Positions 1-13,491 of a stretch of 64,000 nt of DNA are shown here, piece by piece. The DNA lies in NCBI GenBank assembly GCA_951406725.2, contig OX597821.1, positions 83,576,001 to 83,640,000 of the forward strand, written 5' to 3'. The first letter of the stretch is position 1; each line of letters starts with the position of its first letter. The translations under genes and the position numbers were made by a program. This DNA is from Octopus vulgaris (Eukaryota). The notes under the pieces were generated by a model. That model did not search any database. It was given only the letters and a program-made list of their open reading frames with translations, and had not been told where the DNA came from.

Positions 1-920
1 GAGTAAAAGAGTAATAGTAGTTATAATTAAATTTATGCATTGTCATTTTTATCAGTGTGAAGAATTTTTGTAAGGACATCAAAAAAAGGTTTAAAAAAAT
101 AAAGTAAATTAAAATAAGATACAATAAGGGAGGATACAAATGGGGTAATAGGGGGGAAAAATTTGATATTTGCAAGCAAGTTTTAAAAGGGAAAAAGTAA
201 CAGTAATAATAATAGTAAGAGAGACCAAAAGTGTGGGGGTGGGGAGACAGATACATCAATGTATATGCACGTCTATATGTGAGGTAAAACTATAACATAA
301 AAATAAGAATGAAAGCTTAACAGGTATGTTGGTATGTTTAAAACAATGGTAACAGGTTGAGACAAAGTATAATAAACAGGGCCAGTAGAATAGTAGAATA
401 TAATGTAAATAGTAGAATATAATGTAATGTGAATAGTAGAATATAATGTAACAGGTGGACTAGTAGAAAATTCTTCACACTGATAAAAATGACAATGCAT
501 AAATTTAATTATAATTACTATGGTTATAACTTTTTTCTTACATATTTGTATTGTCCTTTGAAACGTGCATATGTATTGAATCCTATTTTGTATTAAATCT
601 AATTTTGATTCAACATCTTTTTCTCCTCCATATATATATTTTTTATATATATATATATATATCGTTGCTATTATGTCAAACCGTCGTATGTCCAAATTTG
701 GCCAAATGCGTTTTTTCAAATATATATTTTTGCTTGCAATAAGCTGGTTCTTTTGGTCAAACTATTGTATCTCCAATTGCTTCAGATACCAAGATAGAAA
801 AAACTATCAAAGTGTAGTAGAATGGCTTTGCCATGGAATGGTGAAAATATTTTTATGCTTTCTGAAAAAGCTAAGTTTTGGACTTTCAACACTTTTGCAT
901 AATAGCAATAATATATATAC

Positions 921-970
921 TCTATGATAGCTGTCGACTTGCTGATCGAAAATATGGCCATCACTGGTGA
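921..970 (-). other. Candidate 50-nt internal exon of the inferred minus-strand gene (peptide xTSDGHIFDQQVDSYHR, or start MAIFSISKSTAII...)
   Basis: Minus strand reads ...TACTGACATTACTGACAGTATGTTTTCTAG|TCACCAGTGATGG...CATAGA|GTATAT: two branch-point-like TACTGAC motifs, a pyrimidine run and AG; CpGs retained in a CpG-poor region. The donor is weak and the protein is not recognised. Confidence 0.3.
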
Positions 971-3491
971 CTAGAAAACATACTGTCAGTAATGTCAGTA
1001 TGAAATTTAAAACAGAAACAGCTTGCACAACTCTCACTATTAAAGCCAAAGAACCTACAGACAAGCCAAAACAAGATCTTTATTTAGCAATGTTAAAAAG
1101 TTTCATAACCTTCTTCAAGAGACATGCAAAAATAAAGGTTAAGAGGTGCCTCTCTCACTCCCAGTGGCCTTAAACTCAGTAGAAACCAGCTTGGAATTTC
1201 TAAGTCTTTTTACTTATTGTTTTATTTCTTTCTATATATATATATATATGCATAAACATACATACATACAATAGAGGCGGAGACAAGTAAACAGATGTAA
1301 AAAATATACCAAATTAACTATTCCAATGCTTTGTACATTTATGTTGGTCTTTTCTTTTTCTTTTTGTTGCTACAATTAACTGTATGAGTATGAAGTTGTG
1401 ATGGTAATCAGAGTTTCCTCCAGGCTTAGTGCCATCTATGTGAGTTTCAAGGAAGGTATGGAGATTTTTGTGTGGGAAGGGGTGGGGGTGGGGTTCTATG
1501 GTGAATGGAAAAATTCATCTGGATGTTGACATTGATAAGAATATCTAACAGTAAAAGCCTTCGCTTCAGCACTTTATGCAAATTTGGAGAAGGATCCAGC
1601 AGCTGCCTGAACAGTGTTTTACATTCAGCTTTCTAACTAAAACTTTACAAACATCATGGCTTAGAATTGAAGAATTTCAAATATAAAATGATTTCCTCCA
1701 CATAAAAATATGTCTTAATCATCTTCCACTGATACAAAACCAAATTTATTACTCTTAAGTATAGGCTGTTATTTTCTCTACTAAATATTCTGAAAACCAG
1801 CGAATTTGTGATAATTTGCATATTCATATGCATAGTTTTGTGATCGACGAAATATGGTTGAACATTCATGAATTTGTTTCATTAATAATACATGCAGCCA
1901 GCCTGGTCTTTCATTCAATTTAAGGATACAACATCCTTCTTTCTAACGACCAACCATGCGACGATGGCTTTCAGTAAACACACACCATAAGCAAGCTCCC
2001 AACAAAATCTGCGACTACATTATCCATTGTGTTCTCTTACTATTTTTAAAAGGTAGGATGCAATTTGAGAGATATTTGGCTGTTATTTCTAACCATTGAA
2101 CAACTGTATGGATGCCCCCTTATTGTTTAGCCCCCAAACCTATGATGAGATACATTTTAGTTGCAATCATTCTAATTTTCTTTTATTTGTCACAATATAT
2201 CTAGCACTATCTTGTGCAATATGTCTGTGATTTTGTAGGACAGTAAGAGGTAATTTGAGGAAGATTTGGCTATTATTTCTTCAGGCTGAGCAACTGAAAA
2301 GACGCTCATCTGTTGGTTTATTTAATATATATCATATGAAATGGCAGTGCAAGGAAGACAGCAATTTGCATTATTTTACTGTGGCTGTTTCTATCTATAT
2401 TAACAATTGAGTTCACCTTACTATAGGTAAGTACTTTGGGTGATATAATTCACAGCAATAAACAAAATCAATACCATGAAACTGTCAAGTGTTACTCTGA
2501 GTTTAATTGTTCCCATAGCAAAGATGACCAATCTAAGTGAAAGCTTACCACTTATTCACTCAATACTATTGAAACTAGAGATAAATACCAACTCCTTGGA
2601 AGGCAGACTATCTAGCAGACAAGCTAATGAGAGTGCTTTTATGTGGTTATTAAACCTGCTCAAAATAACCAAATCTCTTTCAAAATATACCCTGCCATCT
2701 AAAAAAAAAAAAAAATGGAAAGAAAAGGCGGGGATGACAACATTGGATACTGTAGTTGGGATAGTCACAGTTGCAGTGCCGATGATCATAAATAAGTTTC
2801 CTGAATAGGGATGCCCTGTGTGCTAAATAACAACAACAACAATCAGCTCCCTGGATCCCTGTCCTTTAGAAAGGATTGGCTGTTTCAGTTAGATGAATGA
2901 ATGATATTTAAAGAGTAGTGCAATTGTGTAAAATCAGAGGCAGAAAGGCTGGTCTGTGTTGCTATGAATAAACAAGAAATTACTGTCATTGAATTTGTAT
3001 CAAAGAGCAGCAGTCACTGATGTGTGATTACTTCTGGAGGCATGGTGTACAAGTCATTTAATAACATCATTTTGGTGTGGCATTTCAATAGATCAATCAA
3101 ACCAGACAATGGAATGTCAAATGGAAGAACATCCCAATGTTTAGTTTGTTGCCAGAATAAATAAAAAGAACCTTTCTTAGAAGAATTGTCCACATATAAC
3201 ACATCTCAGCAAAGATGTACTTCTATTTGTAATATTGTGTTTGTAGTTCTTATCCTAAGAATAATCCAAATTCACAAGAATGCAAGCTTCATCAACTCAA
3301 CCAAAACATATACAATTCCATTTGTCATATCTAACACTTTTGTGGCTATATATTTGTTGAAATACACTGCCTTTGTGTCAATTAATTTTTAAAATAATGA
3401 AGAATTTAGGAATTTAGGAAAAACAACTTTGTCATAATTAAGCTGATGTTTAGAACATAAATTACCAAAAACTTTTGATGGAAGATTTTAA

Positions 3492-3715
3492 CCCTTTCGT
3501 TACTGTATTTATTTTGAGATGCTCTGTGTTTCTTTCAATTGGCTTTAAATATAACAAAGAATTTAATAAAATAACTTAGTTATCACTAAGCTAGTATTAG
3601 GAACATGTATTGTGACTAAGGTTTTGGTGGAAGATTTTAATTCAAAACTTATGGAAACAAGACAATTTGTACAACAAAGCCAAGGGTGGTTTCAGCCGAG
3701 TTGGTATAAAAAGGA
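3492..3715. mobile_element. piggyBac-type MITE nested at a TTAA site inside an older related copy (~3340-3790)
   Basis: TTAA|CCCTTT...AAAGGA|TTAA ends; the internal sequence parallels the flanking outer copy (both contain ...tggaagattttaa). Confidence 0.6.
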
Positions 3716-4067
3716 TTAAATTAGATCTCTTTATAACAAAAAGTTAATGTTACAGAATCAGGGGCTGTTTTAGGCAGGTTAGTATCAATCAAAAAGTGAA
3801 ATCAAATAATTTATGTAAACAATATGCAGATAAGAAAATTAGAAGGTTCCTTTTACAATAGGCAATTATATAAACAAGACAAAGCTAAGTGACATTCCAC
3901 CATTCATAAAGAATTCCAAGTATGTGAAGGGAAGGTTCAAATGAATGACTTTCAACCAAACATTGCTGTTACTTTCTACCTTTACTTCCAGACAATCTAT
4001 CAAATATAGACAGACTTTGTAGGTCATTTTTACATTTAAGGTCAGTGGCCTTCTTAGGTATGACTAA

Positions 4068-4236
4068 GTGCAGGTATAGCTGTGTGGTTAAGAAGCTAGC
4101 TTTGCAACCACATGGTTTTGGTTTCAGTCCCACTGCACAACACACCTAGAGCTGACCAGTGCTTTGTGAGTGAATTTGGTCGACAAAAAATGGTGTAGAA
4201 GCCTGTCAAGTGCATGTGTGTGTGTGTGTGTGTGTA

Positions 4237-4281
<45 letters not shown>

Positions 4282-4825
4282 ATGTGAGAGTGTCTTTTGC
4301 ATTTGCGTTTATTCCCCACAACCACTTGACAACCAATGTTGATTTGTTTACACTGGCAAAAGAGACCAATAGAATAAGTATAAAAATTTGAAAAGTTGAT
4401 TTATTTGACGAAACCCTTCAAGGAAGTATCCTCACAAGGCTGCAGTCCAAAAATAGATAAAAATAGGTGCAGATGTGACTGTGTGGTAAGATGCTTGCTT
4501 CCCAGTCATATGGTTCCAGGTTCAGTCCCACAGCATGGCATCTTCAGCAAGTGTCTTCTACTATAGCGTCAAACCAACCAAAGCCTTGTGAGCAGATTTA
4601 TTTGAAATTGAAAGAAGCCTATCGTATATATATATATATATATAGTGAGAGAGAGAGAGAGGCACTATCACTTGACAACTGATGTTGGTGTGTTTATGTC
4701 CCTGTACCTAAGCAACCCATAGAATAAGTAATAGGCTTACAAAGAATATGTCCTGAGGTTGATTTCTTTAAGGTGGTGCTCCAGCATGACCACAATCAAA
4801 TGACTGGAATAAGTAAAGAAATAAA
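4068..4825 (+). mobile_element. Two tandem, old copies of tRNA-derived CORE-like SINE family A
   Basis: gctgtgtggt(t)aag head, ggttcagtccca B-box, internal (TG)n/(TA)n, gctccagcatg...tgactg tail; CpGs mostly decayed. Confidence 0.75.
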
Positions 4826-4861
4826 AATGTTTATTAATTATCATTTCTTTATGACAAATAA

Positions 4862-5258
4862 TCTTTATATATAAAAGTGAAGTTATGTGTCTGTCTCCTA
4901 CGATTTAGATTCCTAACTACTCCCACATTTTGCGGTGCAGTTTAACCAAAACCGGGTATCTTATAGTCGTGATTCATATCGAGCCCTTCTGGGTATTAGC
5001 ACGCGTCTACGATGAGATACGATTTAAAAAAAAAATTGACCATCATTTTTTCCCTTTTAATGCATTTTTTGCTATTATATAAGGGAAGTAATTCTCTAAA
5101 AATGTCTACGATGAATCAACGATTTAAAAAAAAATTTACCATAATTTTTTTTTCCATTTTTAATGCATTTTTTTGCTATTTTTTGTCTATAACTCTCTAA
5201 AAATGCTTATATAGTTATTTCCCTTACAAACTCGAGCAACGCCGGGCAATACTGCTAG
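4862..5258 (+). mobile_element. Non-autonomous Helitron
   Basis: A|TCTTTATATATAAAA 5' end, subterminal GC-rich hairpin (ctcgagcaacgccgggc), 3' CTAG|T, no TSD; internal ~70-bp direct duplication. Confidence 0.85.
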
Positions 5259-5584
5259 TTTAATATGAAAGAGGAGGTGAGAGCTTAAGTAAAATTTTTC
5301 TTTGCTAATTATATTGACTTCTAGCTTTGGCTAACGTACAGGGAAGGGGTCTAACCAATTAGATTGATCTCTGTATTCTAACAAATATTTTTAATGAACT
5401 TAGAATGTAAAGGAGCATAATTAAATAATAAGTGCAATAGTTAGTGGTTTCTGCTCCTACAAAACAACACTCTGTGTTATTATTAGTCCTTGGTCATCCA
5501 TAATTGAATAGAAATGTGATAAAGAGCAATGAGCAATCTGCAATCAAGCCCTCACTATCCAGCATTACTTCAGATAATAAGGTA

Positions 5585-6065
5585 TCTTGACCATATGGTC
5601 TTGGGTTCAGTTCCACTGCATGGTACCTTGGGCATGTGCCTTCTACTATAGCTCAGGGCTGACCAAAGCCCTGTGAATGGATTTGGTAGCAGAAACTGAA
5701 AGAAGCCCAGTATGTATGTGTGTGCGTGTGTGCATAAATGCATGCATACATATGTATGTATGTATGTATGTGCATGAATTACTGGCTCCTAGCCTTGACT
5801 TTATGTAATAGTTGTAAATGAATATCACTGCCATGCAAGCAGTGTCTTTTGTAACCAATCTTTCATGAGAAGCATGCCTGGTCATGCGGAAATATCACCT
5901 TGATTGGAAACACATGAAGGTTGGCAAGAGGAAAAGTCAACATCCGGCTTTGGAAAACCCACCTCAACCAAATTCTATCTGATCCATGCAGGCACTGAAA
6001 TGTGGATGTTAAATGATGATGATGATGATTATTATTATTATTATTATTATTATGATAACGATGAT
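5585..6065 (+). mobile_element. SINE with family-A head and alternative 3' part ending in (GAT)n
   Basis: Family-A 5' half, then ...ggaaacacatgaaggttggc...atccatgcaggc...gttaaatgatgatgat; the same architecture occurs at ~16820-17200 and ~42385-42790. Confidence 0.65.
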
Positions 6066-6595
6066 GTAACATTCATACTTCTCTCAATGGAATTAGTTAC
6101 ATAAGTGAAGCATTTCCAAAAAGAGGATTGAATACCAGGTTGTAGAGTCAGTGCACTAAAGACCTACAGCTGCACAATGTTGCACAATTACACAATAACA
6201 ATAGAATCCTTAGGATTCTATCGATTAAGTCTGATAATGCAACACGGTGCACTATCAGTTAAGCTATAGTTTAGCAAGTAACATTCTTTATTTTAGGCCA
6301 GCTTTTATTTATTTTATTGTCATTATTGAATTTATTTATTCTAGGCCAGTTCTCCCCCCCCCCTCTCTCCCTATTGTCATTCTGCACCTTGCTGTTTTCC
6401 TGAAATATTAATGAACTTCACAAAGGCATGATAAAGTTTAGAGACATCCATTATTGATATTTTTAGGTTTTTAATACATGTGCACAAAACAGTTACACAC
6501 ACACAGACACTGAACATAGCATGCATACATGTTTGCACACACATGTGCATGTTTGTGTATGCATACATATGCATATGTGTGTGTTTGTATACATG

Positions 6596-6634
<39 letters not shown>

Positions 6635-7058
6635 TTGTATATGTTTGTAGATGTATGTGTGAGAATATATATATATATACACACATGCACATACAGGTAT
6701 ATATACGCACATGCACGTACAGGTTAAACATTTACATGTATATATATATATACATGTGTGTGTGTGTATAGACATCATTATCACTTCCTGGCATAGGTTA
6801 TATAATGTACATGTGAATATCACCTTATTCTCCAAGACAAATTAGCTGGGTGTATTCATTATTTATTTTATCATGTTCTACACACACACACATGCTTATC
6901 CTTAAACTAGAACACATGTAAAAACATATATATGCACACAAATACATACATACACACATATGCATATATATATATATATATATGCTGTAGCACACAGACA
7001 CATAAGCAGATAGACATCCTAGCACATGCACACACATGCACACACACACACACATACG

Positions 7059-7100
<42 letters not shown>

Positions 7101-7792
7101 GTCACACATGATGTAGCATACAGACATAGTAACAAAGTATTGTAGTAAACACAATCGTATAAACAACCACACACACACACACAAAGTGAAACATGCAGTG
7201 ACATATACGACTGAATAATGCCACACACAGTCGCGTAATAAACCCCACCACACAGGAGGGAGGGAGGGAGAGAGAGAGGGGGGGAAGAAGGGGTGGGGTG
7301 TCATATACAAGAGTATACACACAACAACAGCCCTGGAGACAGATACCTCTTTAATTATATTTAACTGAATAATTCCAAAACAAGAGTTAAGCAATGACAT
7401 ATGTACGTAGTACTGATTAATTTCCCATTTGCTCCATTCAGAAAAGAAAAGAAAAAAAAACAGAAATAAATAAAGAAAAACAGAAATAAAACCCCAGCAT
7501 TATGGCTTCAACACATCCATCAGTAATAACATTGCAGGGATTACAGATAATTTTGATTATTCCATACACCCCGTCATCACCACCACCACCACCACCTTCA
7601 CCACCACCACCACCAACCTCTTTCTCTTAAATATTTTAACAGGAAAAGAAAGGCTCTAACTATTTACATCTGTAAGAAATTTGGTAAAATATGGGCAAGG
7701 AAGAAATAACTCCCAGTTTTTATCTATCATGGAACAAAATTTGGGTGTGTAGTGGTGGGGAGCTGTTTATTTGTTTTGTTTGTGATTTCCTA

Positions 7793-7843
<51 letters not shown>

Positions 7844-7857
7844 CCTATCCATCTATA

Positions 7858-7896
<39 letters not shown>

Positions 7897-8506
7897 ATCT
7901 CTGTGTTTTAGTGATGTTGTTATTGGTGAGGGTGGTGTTGGTGGGTGAGGCATAGAAAATAAGTTTCTCTCTTCAGTAGCATCTTTCTCGTAGCTCCTAG
8001 CTCCTCGCTCCTCGCTCGAGCTCCTGCTTCCTAACAATCTTTAAATCTCAAAATCTGCCCCTGCGCTGGATAACTGCTTCCATGTCTGAGATGAAGATAA
8101 TACATCAGCCATCAACATTCTTAGGAGAATTAATAAATAAACAAATAAATAACATGAAAAAAATAAAATTACGGGGTTAGCTGAGAGTGTTTTTTGTTTT
8201 TGTTTTTGTTTTTATATTATCTTCCCCCCCTCTTCTTTTAGGAAAAAGAAACCTCTTCTTGGTAACCTCTTCTTAGCTATTGAGGTGTTTTCACTTTTTC
8301 TCCCCCCATCCCATCCACACACACACACACAATCTCTCTCTCTCTCGCCTATCATCACTATTGTTATGATCCTTATATAAAAGCCCTTTCCAAAAACACG
8401 TTCTTCCTCCTCTGCTTTCCAACTTACGAAACACACTCCCCACCCGCTTTTCATTTGTCACCCATTCATACTTCTGTACTATAACATTAACTTTCACACA
8501 CACATG

Positions 8507-8539
<33 letters not shown>

Positions 8540-9225
8540 GCACATGCACACAAACACACATACACGTGCACATGTATGCACACAAAAGCCGTGCTCCTGT
8601 TCTCCCTTTCAATGCTCTTTTCAATACAGGAAAGGAAAAAAACAACAACAACAACAAAAAAATCAAAAAAGTTTCTCCTGTGAACAGGGGAGATTTTTTT
8701 CTTATATTAGTTTCTTCCCTATCAGAAATGACCCTTCAAAAAACAAAAAGAAAAAAATCATTGAACCCTACCAATCAATGACCAAACTTGATCTAATTTA
8801 AGCTACACCTTTCCTACTCCCTTCCTTCACTTAGCCTTAGTTAACTTGCTCCCAAACTTCTTACAATCATCTACCACCGACACCACCACCACCACCACCA
8901 CCCACGTCCTCCCCTCCTCCTCCTCCTCCTCCTCCTCGTTGCCCATGGATTTTCCTTTATTCTGAAGGCTTGCGGAGATGAAAAACTCTGAAAAGGCATC
9001 ATATATATTTGGTGGCAAGCAAAGAAGGAATGACATGTATCCTTAGGGAGTTCTTTGACAATACAGACAGAAGAATCTAAACGGACCCTTGTGTCCAAAC
9101 CTATTCACTCTAACAGTACACAATTATGTGATCCTTCAGTCTGAGAAAATCAAAAATTATCAGTTCCAGGTCGTTTGTGCAGAGAGTGAAAGATATAAAT
9201 ATACGGGTTGAAGAATATTGTATCA

Positions 9226-9229
<4 letters not shown>

Positions 9230-9296
<67 letters not shown>

Positions 9297-9390
9297 GTAG
9301 AGAGAGAGAGAGAGGAAGTAGATAGATAGAGAGAGAGAGAGGAAGTAGATAGAGAGAGAGAGAAAAAGTAGAGAGAGAGAGAGAGAGAAA
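9230..9390. repeat. (GA)n / GAGGAAGTAGA polypurine microsatellite
   Basis: Directly visible. Confidence 0.95.
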
Positions 9391-9597
9391 GGAGTGACAG
9401 GCAAATCTAGTATCAGTGAATATATATGTGTGAGTGTGTGTGTGTATGTGCGTAAATGTATTTGTATGTATACACACAAACATACATACATTGAGAAAAG
9501 GAGAGATAGAGAGATTGATTATATATCACCAAAGACAGCTGAATCTTGTATTAGTGAGCAGATTACACACAAACATATACACAACATGTACATATAT

Positions 9598-9634
<37 letters not shown>

Positions 9635-9804
9635 ATATAGAGAGACAGATGGGTCCTGTGTTACAACTATTCTGTGAAGGTATTGATGAAAGAGGCTTAG
9701 AAAGCAAAGAGATGGTAAATCAAAAGTCCACGAGACCAGTGGAACTATGTTATCAACACCAGCAGAATGTTTGTGCCAAGACAAGAAGATTAACACATCA
9801 TAAT

Positions 9805-10205
9805 CGTTAGACCCATCATCATTATCACTGTCGTTATTCCCATCAATTGTCAGTAACAGCAGCCTCACTGCTACCAATAACAATCATCATCATCATCAAT
9901 GATCATTATCTTCGTCAACATTTCCATTGCCAGTAATCACCACCACCATCACCACCCTCCTCTCCACCTCATCATCATCATCACCATCATGATGACCACC
10001 ACCACCGTCTTCTTTACCTTTACCATCCTGCCACTCTTGTGATCATCATCATCGTCATCACCATCACAATCATTACCAGTGCCCTCACCATCAAATCCAT
10101 CATTGCTAATGGCAATACAATCACCATCATCACCGTCAGCATCAGTGTCATCATCATCACCATCATCATCATCATTATTATCATCATCATCATCATCATC
10201 ATCTT
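9805..10205. repeat. Degenerate (CAT/CAC)n trinucleotide low-complexity tract
   Basis: Runs of catcat/caccac; gives the spurious poly-Met and poly-Ile ORFs. Confidence 0.9.
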
Positions 10206-12569
10206 CAATAGTTTTAGTATATTAATTTCTCATATTTTCCAATGCTGACACAAGTTGCACAAACATGTCTACAATGGTGCACATCTTTCATTCATGTTCA
10301 TCCTGGGTAATCGTGACTATAAGACAGACCCACTTAAAGTTATATGATCTCATCTCTTTACTTTATTTCACACTTTCCTTGGTCAACTTCTAACACAGTC
10401 ATCCACCTTCACCACACGATACATGATATATCATATAATCCCTAAGTCTAAATAGATCTATGAAGATCGTAGGCATTGACCTTCCTCCTCAGATTCACAT
10501 TTTTGTCACTACATTTCCACTGAGTAAACTGCTAATTGTTACAATTAATTTTCATTGTAATAAGATATTGAAAATCATCATCATCGTTAACATCTGTTTT
10601 CCATGCTGACACAGGTTGGACAGTTTGACAGGAGCTGGTAAGTCAAAAGATGGCACCAAACTCCATTGTCTGCTTTGACATGATTTCTATGGCTAGATGC
10701 CCTTCCTAATGTCAACCACTAGATAGAGTGTTCTGGGGGCTTTTTTTTTTGTTACACAGTACCAGCAAGGTCAGTAAGTAACTTGCAAAACATGAGCCCC
10801 TCAATTGAGTGGGGAGTAGTATTGAAAGAGGTGGCTTTGTGCCAGGTGGTGAGAATCTAGAACATAATAGAAACAGGTGTCTAGTTTGATTTTTAGCTCC
10901 TGGCCAGCCTTAATTCAGCAGATCAAAAGTATTCCAGCTGAAGCCATTCCACAGCTATGTATAATCCAGGACTACACTATACAATATGTCCTTCCTTTTC
11001 AAGATGGTTGGATGTCATTTAAGGGAAATTGGCTGTTATTCATAACAGGTCATGCAAATAAATAATCTTATTAAAAATATCTCAAACTTTTAGACATAAT
11101 TTTTCCTATTATTGAAAGAAGACTAATACCTCTTAGTTTCAATGTCTTCATTGCAATTTTCTAGATAAAAGAGGGTTATAAGGTTCACATTTTTTCTTTG
11201 GCCTTTTACATAATTCTAAATACATTGTCTTGAAGAGAAAAATAAAGATGAGGTAGTCATGGTTGGAAGGCTTTTGATTGTAGGTCTCCTCAATCAGGTA
11301 AACCTAGAACTAAACAGCAACAACTGCTGTTGAAGAAAGATATTCTTGTAGAAAAATCCTGTGTTTTTACATTGTTCTACTTGGTTTAATTACGGTGAGA
11401 GAAAAGCCACTGGGAAATTAACAAAAAACATTTATGAGGACTATTGGTGAATAGAAATCAAATGACCTTGCCGCCTTTGTTAATGCAACAGTGCTAATAA
11501 TAAATATGGGATGGCTTATGTGAAGGAATCAGGCATGGAAAAAATTGCAAAACTGAGGTTTACCCTTGAAGTCAAAAATAGCAGAACAAACTAGAGTAAA
11601 TAATGGAAATCAAATGTACTTACAGAATGAAGACACAAAAATTGACAAGGATTCACAGTGGAATATTATGCTTGATCAAAGAAACTGAAGAGATGGCATT
11701 ATTAATTATTACTCTCTTGTGGCATGAGTTAGAGTGCAATGATAATGTGCCAAATTTGTGACCCATTTTCAGTCTCCGGAACTCCAAGCACTTAACTAAT
11801 GTTGTGCCCTTAGGAAAAAATACAAAAAACATAATCAATGCACCACACACCTTTCCTATTTTCCAACCCCTAAAACAATCTCAAGCATCATATTAACAGT
11901 AAAAAGTAAACGAATGAATAAAAAAAGCTATTATCAATATGGTATATATGTAAAAGTGACAAACAAGACTTCACACTAATATTAATGTACCATGTTATAA
12001 GTATACACAATCCACCGGGGACCGAAACGATGGTGCTCCATCAAAATGTTAACATATTTACACTCTACTGCTGGAGATTGAAACACTAAACATTATCCAG
12101 ATTGGTGTAGTGTTCTTTTGATATTTAATCCTACTTTTGCTTTTCATACTTTTGGGATAAATAAAACAAGGATCAGTTCTCATGGTTGTTTAGCCTCCAT
12201 GTCAGATATAGCTAAGTGAACAAATCTATGATCAAAGGTGTTCCAACCACAGCCAAATGAATTTTTGTATATCAAAGATGAAACAGTCTACTGTACCAAT
12301 CTTTATTTAAGATGGTAGAGAGAGTGTAATTTGATATTCGACTGCTATTTCTAGCAGATTAAGTGACTGAGCAGAGGCTCCCTCACTGGCTCGTATTAAT
12401 CCTTGTTGTATACTAAGGTCGAACCAATGACTAATTTGTTTTGTACATGAAAAGAAATTATTACTTATTGAAAACCTAACAATGGCTAAAGATTTAATAT
12501 CAGTTAACAATACTTAACTATAAACTGATTCCTTGCTTGAATATGAAAAAAAATTAAGACTGTAATTAA

Positions 12570-12797
12570 GACACGTGTACCCTTAACATAGTTCTCAGGG
12601 AGACTCAACATGACACAGAATGTGACAAGGCTGGCTCTTTGAAATACAGGTACAACTCAGTGTTGCCAGATGAGTAGACTGGAGCAATGTGGAGTAAAGT
12701 ATCTTGCTCAAGGATAGAACACGTCATCGGAAATTGAACTCATGACCTTACGATCATGAGCCGAATACCCTTAACCACTACACTATGCACCTTCACC
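12570..12797 (-). mobile_element. Old tRNA-derived SINE related to family C (cf. 56062-56453)
   Basis: Shares acacgtgtacccttaac...gtgacaaggc...tttgaaatacaggtaca with the 56-kb copy; tRNA-like head at the right end. Confidence 0.65.
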
Positions 12798-13239
12798 AGC
12801 TTAAACGCTAAAGGGTTAAAACACATGAAATATTAAACGATGTCATACCTTTCCAAGACAATAGTGCTAACAAGGAAATGAACCAACTGACTCCTGCATT
12901 TAGTCTGCTGCTTATTTTATTGATGTCTGTTTATGAAATGGCTAAGTTCACCCGAGTTACATCTCTAAAAAAGCAATCTCGTTTTCTACACATTTTATTC
13001 TCTACACATAATGTATTGACTTTGACACATCATAGAGCATGAACACAGAAACACACACACATACACACACACACACACATATCACATCATCAACATCATC
13101 ATCATTTAATATCCATTTTGCATGCTGGCATAATTTGGATGGTTTATCAGGATCAGGGGAACAACAGGGTTGCACTGTACTTAATGTCAACTTTGGCATG
13201 GTTACACACACTCACACATATATACTTATATATATAAAC

Positions 13240-13296
<57 letters not shown>

Positions 13297-13395
13297 GGAT
13301 AAACACATAAATGTGAAACAAGGTGGAAAAGAGTACTCAAATACCAGTGGTAGAGTAATATGCTTTATTTTAAGCAGCAGAAAAATCAACAAAAT

Positions 13396-13431
13396 CTGTT
13401 ACTCTGAGTTTCTGTGCCGTTCATCAGACAG
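13396..13431 (-). ncRNA. Minimal type I hammerhead ribozyme motif (antisense twin, stem II 2 nt shorter)
   Basis: Reverse complement reads ctgt-CTGATGA-acggcaca-GAAA-ctc a gag-TA-acag. Confidence 0.55.
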
Positions 13432-13453
13432 TTTTGCTCCATTCTAGCAAAAA

Positions 13454-13491
13454 CTGTCTGATGAACGGCAACGAGAAACTCAGAGTAACAG
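13454..13491 (+). ncRNA. Minimal type I hammerhead ribozyme motif
   Basis: ctgt-CTGATGA-acg gcaa cga-GAAA-ctc a gag-TA-acag: stem I ctgt/acag, intact core, short stem II with GCAA loop, palindromic stem III, GUA cleavage triplet. Confidence 0.65.

Noticed and set aside
385-470. Short direct repeats (tagtagaatataatgtaa) superficially like a CRISPR array
   Set aside because: Eukaryotic context, no unique spacers of regular length, no cas genes; a simple minisatellite.
2476-2808. 110-aa ORF and antisense 77-aa ORF
   Set aside because: No recognisable domain, runs through a poly-A tract; cannot be supported as coding.
6377-7400. Overlapping 60-190 aa ORFs rich in C/V/Y/I/H/T
   Set aside because: Translations of (CA)n/(TA)n microsatellites; the same applies to the ORF clusters at 13.4, 14.3, 16.1, 18.5, 25.2, 38.3 and 61.2 kb.
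10020-10248. Poly-Met / poly-Ile ORFs
   Set aside because: (CAT)n low-complexity tract with no splice or coding signal.
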